A stretch of 64,000 bases of DNA from an uncultured delta proteobacterium (GTDB taxonomy: Bacteria > Myxococcota_A > Polyangia > Polyangiales > Polyangiaceae): NCBI GenBank assembly GCA_963806225.1, contig CAWDXG010000004.1, forward strand, positions 3,616,001 through 3,680,000, written 5' to 3'. Numbering within the stretch: the first letter of the stretch is position 1; every line of letters begins with the position of its first letter. A program made the position numbers and the translations under genes. Below the pieces are notes generated by a model. That model was not told the DNA's origin. It did not search any database and saw nothing but the letters and a program-made list of their open reading frames with translations. Below are positions 20,189 through 30,810 of the stretch, piece after piece.

Positions 20189-23100
20189 GGCGCCACCCAT
20201 GCGACCTCCACGCGTTCGCCGTCGATGCGGGCGCTCAGCCGCGTTCCGTCGTGGCGCGTGGCGTCGCTCCGCCATACCCAGCTTGCCAGCTGGTGTTCGC
20301 CGGAGATGGAGAGCGCGTCGCCGCGCAGGTCGACGATCGGCAGGAGCTGGGCGCCCGCGCCGTACGCACGCCCTTGCAGGGGGTCCAGCCGAAGAGCGTC
20401 GATGCGGTGCGGAAGCGATAGCCCGCGCGCTCCAAGCGGGGCCGTGAGGTCGCTGAGATCGACCTCTGCGATCGCCCTCTTCAACACGACGAACACGTGC
20501 GCCGCATCCGCGACGGTGACTACCGCGTTGTCGTCGATGCCGCTCTCGCCCTGACCCGGGCCGTCGTGGTTGTGACCGAAGCCGCCGCAGCCGGAGACCG
20601 GACGAACCACGGTCGCGCCACCGTCCACTCCGATCTCGGCCTGCGCGAGCACCCCGGGCGTAGCGTCCGGCGGCGTAGCGAGCGTGGCGAGACCGAACTC
20701 CGTCACGGCGGCCCACGTGTCGTCACCCACGGCGGCGGCGGCGCGCGGATGGCCGCAGAGCTCGAGCACGGGCCCCAGGGACAGGCCGTCTCCGCCCAGT
20801 GCGACGCGCTGCACGCCGGCCTTCGTGCCGACCAACACCTCGCTGCCATGGCCTGCGAGCATCGTGCCCGCCTTGGGGAGCCAGGCGTCGGCGGAGAGCA
20901 CCGCCGCGCCCGGCGTCGTCGCGTCCCAACGCTCGAGGTGCCTGCCAGCGAGCACCCAGACGGCGTCGTGTCCCGCCCACACGGCGTTGGGCTCGCGTCC
21001 GGCCGGCAGCTGCTCGGTCGCGAGCAGCTCGGCGCGCGCGCCAGTGCAGACGTTGGGCTGCGCTGACAACGCGCAACTCCACGTGCCGGCGTCCGACCAC
21101 CACGCTGGAGCGAGCCGGCAGGCCTCGCCGCCGTGCGCGTCGCTCGCGGGACAGGCCGGCATGGGCGCGCGGTCGAGGCCGAGCTCCGCCCAGCCCGAGC
21201 GCGTCCTGAGCTCGTGCGTCACGCCTGTGGCCTCGGTCGAATCGAGCCGGTAGAGCCGCGGCCGGCCGCCGAGCGGCGGGAGATTCGAGCCCTGCGGTGT
21301 CGGGCGTGAGCGCGATGCCGCGTCCTGTATCGGCCGCCACGAGCCGTGCCGACAGCGCGCCGGCCGGCTCGCGATCGAGGCTCCAGAAATCGTCGCGCGC
21401 GACGCCGGAGTCGTCGATGCCGCCTCATACGCGAAGCCGCTGGCGTCGGCCTTGACGGTGAGGAGCGCGCTCCGGCGCGGCGGGAGCGATTGGCTCAAGA
21501 GTTGCGCGCCATGACCCGCCAGGCTGACGGCCCAGGCGTCGGTCGCGGCACCCGCTTCGGTGACACCGCCCGCCACAACCAGTGCGCTGCCGACCATCGC
21601 CAGCGCCGGCTCACCGCGCGAGACGACCTCCGGCGGCGCGCCCGCGTTGCGCCAACTGCCGGTGAGCGGATTGTAGCCCCAGACGCCCCAGCCCGGCACG
21701 AACAGTCCTACCCAGTCGCTACGCGGATCACTCAGCAGGCGGCTGCCCTCGGCGAGCGGGACGGGAAGCTGTCCGGAGTCCACGGTGTAGTAGCCCGTCG
21801 ACGGCGCCGTTGCGGGCGCGACGAAAGCTGCCGCGGTGGGCGCGCCCAGGAGGCCGCCGACGTCGCCCAGCGCAAAGCCCTGGGCCAGGCGCAACCACGA
21901 GGTCCCCGCCCGGTTCGTGCCGAGCACCATCAGATCGGGCCCGGCGGCGGCGGGTCCCGTCGGCATCGGCGCCGCCAGCACCGACGAGCTGCCCAGGAGC
22001 TCCTGCGCAATGTCGTCCGCCACGATGCTGGAAGTATAGCCCTCTGCCGGGCGCACGAGCACGAGGCCGGAGAGAGTGGTGTCGTTGCGGACCAGCTGGA
22101 AGGGATCCCCGTCCTCCCACCACTTGGAGAAATCCAGCGGATCGCAGCCGACGATGCACTTGACCTGGGTCCACACCGCGTCGAAGCCGAGGTGGAAGGG
22201 GTCGTTGCAGATGAGCGGCGGGATCAGCGCCCGGTGCTCCTCGGTAAGCTGCAGCTCGCCCGCGAAGTTCACACGCAGGCGCTTGCTCTCGGCGCTTGTC
22301 GGATCCCAGAGATTCTTGTTGATGTCGTCGGTAGACACAAAACGCGGATCCGGGAAGGGCGATGGGTCCGAGCCGAATTGTTGGTCTTTCGCGGGCGCCT
22401 TCTTGATCGAGGTCAGCGTCATGATCGCGTACTCGTAGCGCGATTGGATGAATGACTCCTCGTTCACGCCACCGGCCTTGACAGTCACGAAATCGTTCGT
22501 GCCGAAATGGGCAGGCTCGGGAGGGTCGTGGTTGGAGTGCTCGTAGTGCCAAACCCAGCTCTTCTCGGCGGAGTCGATCGGGTAGGGTGCGCAGAAGCCA
22601 TTCGCATCGTAGCTGCACGATTCGCGCTCCAGAGGAAGGTTTCCGTAGCCAGTCGTTTTCGAGAGGTCGGTCACGACCTGCACGTCCCGCCGGAAGCAGT
22701 CGCTCCTTTCGGAATCCAGACAGTCGGCGATTGGCTGCAACGTCACCTTGTCACGACAAGCACACCGATACGTCTGCCCGTCCACTTCCCCGTTCACCGT
22801 GGCCCCGTTGACACTCGTGCCGGCCTCCTCGTAGATCGTGTAGCGTGGCGCATTGTCTCCCGCGATCACGTGCCGGGACCTGTCGGAGCAGGCGCTGCCG
22901 GAGCTCGCCTCGGGGACGACTTCGGTGATCCCCAGCGGATACGGATCGCAGGGGTTGCCGCGATGCAGCTCACCGGCTGTATGGAACGGGGGCGCGGCCG
23001 AATCCGTCGTCCAAGGCCAGTTCTGATCCTCGCCCCAGCTGTTATCGTCGAAGTACGGATAGCCCCCGCTCGGGTCGACCGGGCAGAAGTCCTCGCCTTC

Positions 23101-24543
23101 GGGCACGCCGTCCCGGTCTGCATCGAGGAAGCCCTGGCGCGGAACCGTCGGATCCCAGTGCGAGGGGTACATGCTGGTCCAGGCGTCGTCGATGATGTTG
23201 CTCGGCGGGGTTGTCGGGTAGCGGCCGCTCTTGTCACCGGCGGCAACGTAGGTCTCCTTGAAGAACCTGTCCGGATCGCAGGCATCCTCGATGCCGTCGC
23301 CGTCGCCGTCCTCGCCTGGCGCGGCATCGGGGCACATGTCATCCGGCGCGCGCGCCCCGATTCTCCAGGTCACGCTTACATCGTGATGGAAGCAATCGCC
23401 CTGCAGCCCCGGCGAATACACATTGCATTCCCCACGACAGCGATAGTGATGGGTGACGGGGTCCTTGATGTAGTGACACGGGCCTGCTGCGCGGCATGCG
23501 TTGTATTGACATTGTCGCTTCGCGTCGCCGTGCAGGTTGTCGCACTTGCCGTAGATGGCGCCGCCGCAATTGACGGCGGTCGCCGTCAATCCTGACATGT
23601 CGTAGTGCGTGTCGTTGTCGAAGTCCTCCATGCCGCCGAAATCGGCCTGTGATGCGACGCCGTCGACCTGTTCTTTCCGAGCACGTTGGGGGGGATGAAG
23701 TACCGCTGGAGGATATTTCCATCGATGCCTAGCGGCTGGAGATAGAAGGGCCCGAGGTTATCCGCGGGCACAGGATTGCCGGTGCGCGTGAGTTCGCAGA
23801 AGTTGAGAAGGGTGCCGGAATCAGCGGCGGTTACGAAGCTGCCATGGGCCGAGAAAATCTGCGGCAGGTGAAAGAATCGCGTCGGGACCCGGAAGTTGTC
23901 GGCGTGGGACGGCGTGGATTTCCAACGGGTAGTCGCAACTGAACCCGCCTCCTCCCCAGTCGTGGATCGCCCACGGCTGGTCTGGCTGCGAACCGCGGCT
24001 GATGTCGATATGGAAGCCCTGCGCATCAGGTTTGTGGTCGTCCCTGGGCCAGCAGTTGAGGCCGGAAGTCAGGAATCCGCCGTCTTTGCGCCAGAGCGCG
24101 ACGAATGCAAGACGGACCAGCCTCTGGTCTGTCGTGTCGCTCTCGACCTGGGCGTTGAAGACGAGCATCGGCTCGTCGGGCTGGAGAGAGTCGCTCGGTT
24201 CTGCGTTGTCGAACCAGAAGCGCGGCGCGAAGCAGCACGCCAGGCGCCGCTCCATTGCGTCGTCCAGCCCGTTGCCGTCCTCGTCGTTCTGGCACTCGAG
24301 GCTTCGGTGGTAGGGGTCGTTGGGGTCGTCGGGCATGCTGCCGCGAATCAGGAAGAGTCGCCGTGGGAGCACGGAGCAATCTCCGCTGGCCTGGACGGGA
24401 CAAGTGAACTCCCCCGTGATAGCCAGCGCCCCGCGAGACCAGGTTCCGACCGCGACCGCCAGCGCCGTCGCGAGCAGCGCCGCGCACGCTCGCAAGCTGC
24501 GCCCGCGCACACAGGGCCCAATCCGAACACTTCGAGCTGCCAT
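20185..24543 (-). pseudogene. Large secreted Cys-rich protein with TSP3-like Ca-binding repeats and kelch-like region; at least 4 frameshifts
   Basis: Signal peptide in ORF 23821..24735; continues via 23586..24026 and 20185..23631; DGDGDGIEDACD, DADRDGVPEGEDFCP; kelch-like GGIDDSGVARDDFW read in an alternate frame ~21425-21280. Confidence 0.7.
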
Positions 24544-25281
24544 TCGAGCCACCTTGGACGGGCAATCTGGCCTCACCCGCCGTATCCACGCTTCGGCATG
24601 GTCGGCGCGAGGTGGGGCGGCGGCGGAGCGGCTCCCGCTAGTCGATTCCCCGCCCCGCTCACTCGCGCTTCGAGCCACCCCGGCTCCTCCTGGTTTGCAC
24701 CATGGAACAGGACGCGAGCAGGGCTTGTCAATCACCCCTACGGGTGATGCCGCGCCACTTCCGTTTGGAGAAGGGAACGGGTCATTGCTCTGACAACGTC
24801 TGCCGACTCAAGTGACGAGGATCGTTGGCATCCTGGCGCCCTATGTGCCCGGAGTTCAACGCCGTTCGTCCTGCCGGGCGGGGACTACCGCTACGAGTTC
24901 AACATCGCTTCGGACAACAGGTTCACGCTCCTTGTCCATGGTGCTGCAACATCTCCCCGACGGCCTTCGATCCCAATGACCCGACTCTCGGGAATCTCGC
25001 CAGTATCGATTGCAGGACTTCGTTCACGATTCCCTAGCGGGCACCATGGGATGCGGGCTTGAGTTGCTGGGATGCGCGCTGGTCATGTCCGCCACGAGTG
25101 CTGCGGCGCAGCCCAATAGCCGCATGCGCGAATCCGAGATGCCGGTGGATCCGAGGGTGTAGCGGCGCTTCGGCGCTTCGCCTCGGTCGTGTCCCCTCCT
25201 GTCCACGCCGGGCCAAACGCCCGTCCCGGCCGATCGATTTTTTTCCTGCAATTCTGTGCGGGCTGCGGCAGACTACGGCCT

Positions 25282-25327
25282 GGACTTCGAATCCGCAGGT
25301 CGCCCGTTCGAATCGGGCGGGGCGCGC
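25282..25327 (+). repeat. attR-like duplicate of the tRNA-Arg 3' half
   Basis: GGACTTCGAATCCGCAGGTCGCCCGTTCGAATCGGGCGGGGCGCGC identical to 18542-18587. Confidence 0.95.
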
Positions 25328-25334
25328 TCCTGGC

Positions 25335-25652
25335 CTAATCCCAGGCCTTGCGGCCTTCCAGGCGGCTGCGGACCGCTTCGAGGTGCACCACTCGCCCGCG
25401 CTTGACGATGCGGGCCAGTGACTCGTCGGTGCGCCGCACCGCCGACGACACCACCTCCAGCCCCTCGCGCAGGAGCTCCGCCTCGGCTGGGTTCGGGTCG
25501 CGCTTTTCCGCCTCCACGACCTGCTTGAACTCGTCGAGCATCGACCCGACCACCTCGCGCCAACCCTGCGGCATCTGCTCGTCGGGCAGGTTCCGGCGGA
25601 GCTCCGCCACCCGCTGCTCCAGGCGGTCCAGCTCGACATGGACGTCCCGCAT
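25335..25652 (-). CDS. Small helical hypothetical protein
   Basis: High GC3 codon pattern, amphipathic charged helices (105 aa). Confidence 0.65.
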   Translation of the reverse strand: MRDVHVELDRLEQRVAELRRNLPDEQMPQGWREVVGSMLDEFKQVVEAEKRDPNPAEAELLREGLEVVSSAVRRTDESLARIVKRGRVVHLEAVRSRLEGRKAWD

Positions 25653-25821
25653 CAGGACCCCGGCATCCCAAAAAATCGCGCCGAGGACAAGTCTCGCCCC
25701 AATCGAGCCGTTGACCCGCGATAACCCGGGCCGCGGGGTCGCTCCGAGGGACTTGACCTCCACGACCGCCATGGTAATAGCGGCGGTCCGCGCAGCGTGT
25801 CTCGTGAGGGCGCGCGTGCCG

Positions 25822-25894
25822 GGGCCATTAGCTCAATTGGTAGAGCAGCGGACTCTTAATCCGTTGGCTGAAGGTTCAAGTCCTTCATGGCCCA
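25822..25894 (+). tRNA. tRNA-Lys (anticodon CTT)
   Basis: GGGCCAT/ATGGCCC acceptor, GCTC/GAGC D arm, CT-CTT-AA loop, GAAGG-TTCAAGT-CCTTC T arm; TTGACC..TAATAG upstream at 25753-25780. Confidence 0.95.
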
Positions 25895-25933
25895 CCGAGA
25901 TCGTTGGCGAAAGTGGCGGCGCGTAGAAGGCCG

Positions 25934-25972
25934 CCGAGACAACCGAGACAGCAACCGAGACAGTTGTCTCGG
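25934..25972. repeat. 3x CCGAGACA plus one inverted TGTCTCGG (candidate arm sites)
   Basis: CCGAGACAACCGAGACAGCAACCGAGACAGTTGTCTCGG, 40 nt after tRNA-Lys. Confidence 0.7.
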
Positions 25973-26219
25973 CGTCGCTTGGTCGCCCCGGCGGCCCCGC
26001 TGCCCGGCTACAGCTTGACCTGTCGTGGCTACTTCTCGCGTCCGCCGCAGAATCGGGAATCCGCCACGCACAAGACTTGAACGGCGCGGCTCGATCGGGC
26101 ACATCGCGCTCGTGCTCGACGGCTTGATTCATCGCTTTCGCGACGTGGCGCGCGAGGCAGCCGGACGCGCGTGGCAGCGGCTGTGTGGAGCGGTGCGCGG
26201 CCGAGCCCCGACAGCGCCG

Positions 26220-26623
26220 TCATGGTGCCGACGAGAGGACGTCGACCTGAACCTCCGTGCACCGCGCGAGCGAAGCGTCGCCCGTGAGGAGACGTCGACA
26301 CACGCGTCGAGCGCCGTCGCGAGGTGGATCGCGTCGGGCGTTCGGAATCCGTAGCGGGCGCGGAGCTCGGTCGCGCGCTCGATGACCGCCGCCGTCACGT
26401 CGACGACGCGCGCGGTCGCGAACGTCGCCTCGTAGCGTGCGAGGAGCGTCGTGTCACCGGCGCGCATCGGTTTCGAGCGGCACTCGAGGCGCGAGATGCG
26501 CGACGTAACGTGTCCACTCGACTCCGGCAGCGCCCCGAGCCGCGACGCGATGGCAGCGCGCCACTCCGGAGCGCCTTCGTTCATGTAGATGATGCAGCAC
26601 GCGTCGAGGTAGGCCTCAGGCAC
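26220..26623 (-). CDS. vapC: PIN-domain (VapC-like) toxin; 1-nt deletion near 26290
   Basis: YLDACCIIY, RLEC, RARYGFRTPDAIHLATA; the expected FLTGD tail is in the shifted frame, ending at TGA 26220. Confidence 0.85.
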
Positions 26624-26849
26624 GATCCCAGCTCGCGCGCTCCTCGGCGATCTGCCGATCGATATCTTCCTTCGAGCGCGTCCCCGGCGGGAAGGTCGCG
26701 ATGAGCGCGAGCATGTCGGCGACCGTCGGGTGCGGTGCCTGGACGGGGCGCACGACGACCTCGACCTCGCCCTCGAGCTGATCCACAGGTTCGTCTAGAT
26801 CGATGCGCCGCCCGTGAATCCGACCGCGCACGACCACACCGCGTTCCAT
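26616..26849 (-). CDS. Putative antitoxin of the PIN toxin
   Basis: 77 aa, VVVRGRIHGRRIDLDEPV...VEVVVR N-terminus, EERASW C-terminus; overlaps toxin start. Confidence 0.75.
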   Translation of the reverse strand: MERGVVVRGRIHGRRIDLDEPVDQLEGEVEVVVRPVQAPHPTVADMLALIATFPPGTRSKEDIDRQIAEERASWDRA

Positions 26850-26910
26850 GCTTTGAACATAGCTCCTTGGCGGTGTTACGTGCAGCGGTCGAGCGGCTCG
26901 GCCCGTTCTC

Positions 26911-27945
26911 TGTACTGGCCACTAGCCATCGCCGAGAACATGCTCGTGCGCTACCAGCTCGTCGTCGCGGCACGGCGGGTGAGGAAGCCGAGGTTCACGG
27001 CCCACGAGCGCGGGCTTCTCGTGGCGCTCGCCCATTTCGTGCCGCGGTGGCGCGACGCCGTGCTGCTCGTGAAGCCAGAGACCATCCTGCGCTGGCACCG
27101 GGCAGGCTTCAGGCTGTTCTGGCGGGGGAAGTCCAGGGTACGCGCGCGTGGCATGTCGACCCGACGCACGCCGCCGGAGACGGTCGAGCTCATCCGGAGG
27201 CTGGCCCAAGAGAACCCGCTCTGGGGCGCCGAACGGATCCGCGGCGAGTTGCTCAAGCTCGGCGTCCACGTGGCGAAGCGCACCGTCCAGAAGTACATGC
27301 GCCAGGCACGCGGGCCGCGCCCGTGGGGGCAGAGCTGGTCGACGTTCCTCGAAAACCACCTGCACCAGATCTGGGTCTGCGACTTCCTGCAACTGTACGA
27401 CAGCTGGTTCAGGCCCATCTTTGCGTTCTTCATCGTCGATGTCGGCTCGCGGAGGGTCGTGCACGTAGGCGTGACGCGCAGTCCCAGCGCGACATGGGTC
27501 GCCCAGCAGCTCCCGAGCGCCACGCCGTTCGCCGCCGGGCCGCGGTTCATCATCCGCGACAACGACGACAAGTTCGGGCCCGACTTCGAAAGAGCAGCGG
27601 GGCAGCGGGCGTGCGGGTCCTCCGCACCGCGGTGAAGGCCCCGCGCATGAACTCCTTCTGCGAGCGGTTCCTCGGCAGCGTGCGGCCGGAATGCCTGGAC
27701 CATCTCATCGTGCTTGGCGAAGCGCACCTGCATCGCGTGCTGGGCGAGTATTGCTTCGCGTACTTCAACCGCGCGCGGCCTCATCAGGGCATCGGACAGC
27801 TTGTCCCGATCGGTTCGTCATCAGCAGGCGCAGGAAGCGGGGCGGCCACTGGGCGCACTATTCTGAACGGGCTTCATCACGACTACCGGCGAGCGGCGTG
27901 ACGCCAGGGCTTCCATGACTGCGGATGATTCAGGTAGCCGGAACA
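26911..27945 (+). mobile_element. Defective IS with integrase-core (rve) DDE transposase; 5' deleted, frameshift ~27600
   Basis: VKPETILRWHRAGF, ENPLWGAERIRGEL, CDF, IIRDND, APRMNSFCERFLGSVR.ECLDH, RPHQG, GLHHDYRRAA; imperfect ends TGTACTGGCCAC / GTAGCCGGAACA. Confidence 0.85.
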
Positions 27946-28333
27946 AGGGTGACCACAAGGAAGGCTGATGGCACCCATCGCGAGATGACCAGCACTGCTA
28001 GTATCGTGGGCCCGGTGCGGGCCTTTCGGCGATGTGCGCGTGGTCGGACGCGTACGGCGCCAGGGTAGGCAACCTGTGAGCCCTCGACACGCGCTCCCGT
28101 ACTCACGTAAGAGCCCGCGTGGCCCGCGCACCTACGTCCGCCACGCCCACTTGCACCAGGTCGAGCAGCGCGCCGAGCTGCGCGGACGAACAATTGCGCT
28201 CGGTGCGGTGGAGTAGATGCAAGCGCAATTGCGCTCGCCGAGCGTCATCGCACGCTGTGCGGCATCGCCGCCCCCCGGGCATCCCGCGATTGGAGGGGAC
28301 TGCGGGCCCCTGGGGCCCACGCGGGGAGGCACC

Positions 28334-30718
28334 CTACCGCGACAACTTCAGTGTCACCGTGTAGCCGTCGTCCTTCGACGTGACCGAGGCCGTGCTGTTC
28401 GAGGCGTCGTAGTCGAAAATCGGCGTATGGTCCTCGCTGGCGCGCGTGGTGTCGCTGATGGTCTGCGGCGTGCCGGACCCGTCGACCTTGCACAAGCCTC
28501 CCCCGGGGCTCTTCCTCGAGCCGTAGAGCCAGCGCTGGCCGCACTTGAGTGTTGCGGTGCAGACCGACGCTTTCGCCTCGCTGTTGCCGAACGCCACATC
28601 CAGCGAGCAACTCGCGCCGGTCTTCACCGGGGCGCCCGGCGTAGCGCCGGTCACGGTAGCGGTCCACTTCACGTGCGGGGCGCTCTTCGGCGTGTCGAAT
28701 ATGGGCTCCCCCGCGCGAGGCAGACTGGCCGCCGGAAGCTTCATCTCGACGCGCATCATCGGCGGCACGTTGCTGAACACCACGCCCTGCCCGACGAACG
28801 TGTCGATGCTCACCTGCGGCCGGCCGGTGAATTGCCCGGTAATGGAATACTTGAACGCGTACGTGAAGGACCCCGGCGCGTTGTCGGCGGGCGCCTCGGC
28901 GACGTGGTAGTTGATGGACATCATACCGTTGGCGCGCATGTGCGAGTCGTAGATCGACTGCGTGCCGCAGCGGATCGCGAGCGAACGCACCCTCGGACCC
29001 TGGACCTGGGCGTTGATGTGGCACTTCTGGCCCGGACGGACCTGTACACCGCTGGCCTTGGTGACCCTGCCCTGCCACTCCACCGCGATCGTCGGCCCGC
29101 TGGAGCCTTTCAACTTGTCTTGCAGGGCACGGGTGCGCGCCTTCAACTGCGCCTGATGGGCCGCCAAGGTGCTCGTCGCGATGGCCGACGAGTGGGAGTG
29201 GGAGGACGAGGAATCGTGGGAGCTGGACATCGCGAAGAACACGCCCGCGCCGACCGCCACCATGCCTATCCCCATCATCATGCTCACCATGGCGCCCGAG
29301 TTTCCCGACCGCTTCGTCGCGCTGTAGGGCTGGTAGCCGGCGCCGGCGGAAACCCCGGAAGACGGCGACGCGCTCGGCGACGAAGACGATCCCATCAACT
29401 GCTGGAAAGCCGCGTCCGGGTCGCTCGCGTGCCGGTTGCCCGAAGCACCGGCTTTGTTCGTGAGCTCCTTGCGCATTTCGGACACGCCGGTGAAGTACAG
29501 CCACCAGCGCAGCTGCTGGGGGGTTTCCTGACCGAGCCCCCTGAGCGTGTGCGAGGGAATGCGGACGGCGATCTCGCAGAACTTGCAGCGGATCACCGTG
29601 CTCTTGCCGTCGAAATCGAGCGGCGCGCTGCAGTTCGGGCAGCGGATTGCCACTGCACCGCTGGCGTCCTGCTGCACGTCGGCGTGACGACCGCCCTTCT
29701 CGTGGTCCATCGCGACGACGCCCGAAAGCGCGCTCAGGCTGTCCGGAATACCGTTTGGTCTGAGGTAGGTCCGCGTGTCGGCGCAGGCGGGGCACTGCAG
29801 TGTCAGCTCGCCGCCCGCGCACGCCGTGACGCGGCGCGGCTGCTTGCACTTTTCGCAGAGCGGATGGCCGGGCATGGCGCGCACCTTCAGCGAGTGCTGG
29901 CGCATGCCGGACCCGTCGATGATCATCCCGCGCTGCTGGTGGTCGGCGAAGGTCTTGTCGACGCCGATCGGCTTGAACATGTTCTCGTCCGCGATCGACG
30001 CCCCCGGCAGCGGGAAGCGCCCTTCCGGGGCGGGGCCCGCCAGATCGCCAACGGCGTGCGCGAGCGCCAGACTCTCCCACCACTGATCGCTATCGAAACG
30101 CTGCTCGGTCCCGCAACGCAGGCACTGCACGTCGCCGTCGTTGTCGAGGTAGTTCAGCGGCGAGACGTGCCCGCATGCGCTGCACGTGAACCCGCACTCG
30201 ACGCCTACCCAGAAGCCGTCAGCGCCGTCGCGCGCGACGAGTTGCTGCGCGAGGCTGGCGTCGCAGACGGCGCAGGTGGTGCGCTGCGAAGGGGCGATCG
30301 CGCCGCAGCTCGGGCAAAGCGGAATCGGCGGACCGTGCTCGGGCACGAGCGGCGGGGCGACGTGCTGGGCAGGCGGCTGGGCCCCCGGCATCGCAGCAGC
30401 CGCTGCGCCCGCGGCAAACGCACCGACGCCGGCCTGCCACGGAGGCGCCGCCGCGGGTGCGCCGGGCATCGCACCGCCCTGCCATCCCGGCTGGGGCGCG
30501 CCCGGCGGCATCATGCCGGGTGCAGCGGGCGGCGGCGCGACCGGCGCAGCCTGTGCCGGGGCGACGGGTGGAGCCTGGGGCTGCGCGGGCGCCGCCCCGC
30601 TGTTCTGGTCCATCAACACCGTGCCACCGAACCCGCGCGGCGCCGTCTGCCCGCACTGCGGACAGAACCCCGCCGCCTGCGGTATCGAGGCGCCACACCC
30701 CACGCAGAACCGAGTCAT
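28334..30718 (-). CDS. Multi-zinc-ribbon membrane protein with duplicated extracytoplasmic Cys domain
   Basis: Five CxxC pairs, Pro-rich linker, one TM helix, two similar C-terminal units. Confidence 0.75.
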   Translation of the reverse strand: MTRFCVGCGASIPQAAGFCPQCGQTAPRGFGGTVLMDQNSGAAPAQPQAPPVAPAQAAPVAPPPAAPGMMPPGAPQPGWQGGAMPGAPAAAPPWQAGVGAFAAGAAAAAMPGAQPPAQHVAPPLVPEHGPPIPLCPSCGAIAPSQRTTCAVCDASLAQQLVARDGADGFWVGVECGFTCSACGHVSPLNYLDNDGDVQCLRCGTEQRFDSDQWWESLALAHAVGDLAGPAPEGRFPLPGASIADENMFKPIGVDKTFADHQQRGMIIDGSGMRQHSLKVRAMPGHPLCEKCKQPRRVTACAGGELTLQCPACADTRTYLRPNGIPDSLSALSGVVAMDHEKGGRHADVQQDASGAVAIRCPNCSAPLDFDGKSTVIRCKFCEIAVRIPSHTLRGLGQETPQQLRWWLYFTGVSEMRKELTNKAGASGNRHASDPDAAFQQLMGSSSSPSASPSSGVSAGAGYQPYSATKRSGNSGAMVSMMMGIGMVAVGAGVFFAMSSSHDSSSSHSHSSAIATSTLAAHQAQLKARTRALQDKLKGSSGPTIAVEWQGRVTKASGVQVRPGQKCHINAQVQGPRVRSLAIRCGTQSIYDSHMRANGMMSINYHVAEAPADNAPGSFTYAFKYSITGQFTGRPQVSIDTFVGQGVVFSNVPPMMRVEMKLPAASLPRAGEPIFDTPKSAPHVKWTATVTGATPGAPVKTGASCSLDVAFGNSEAKASVCTATLKCGQRWLYGSRKSPGGGLCKVDGSGTPQTISDTTRASEDHTPIFDYDASNSTASVTSKDDGYTVTLKLSR

Positions 30719-30810
30719 ATGCGCCGAGCCTAACGCGGAGCGGCTCACACGTCCCCATCGGAATGCCGCATCCGGTTTCCGCGCTGCTCCGGCCGCGATA
30801 TGACGGGTGC

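Larger units (their letters stand above)
18542..25327. mobile_element. Integrase-less genomic island inserted in tRNA-Arg
   Basis: Identical 46-bp direct repeats at 18542-18587 and 25282-25327. Confidence 0.88.

Noticed and set aside
25282..25327. Second tRNA-Arg gene
   Set aside because: Only the 3' half is present, with no D arm or acceptor 5' strand; it is an att copy
18614..25972. CRISPR array from the short repeats near the tRNAs
   Set aside because: 8-nt units without spacers; no cas genes; no array seen anywhere in the window
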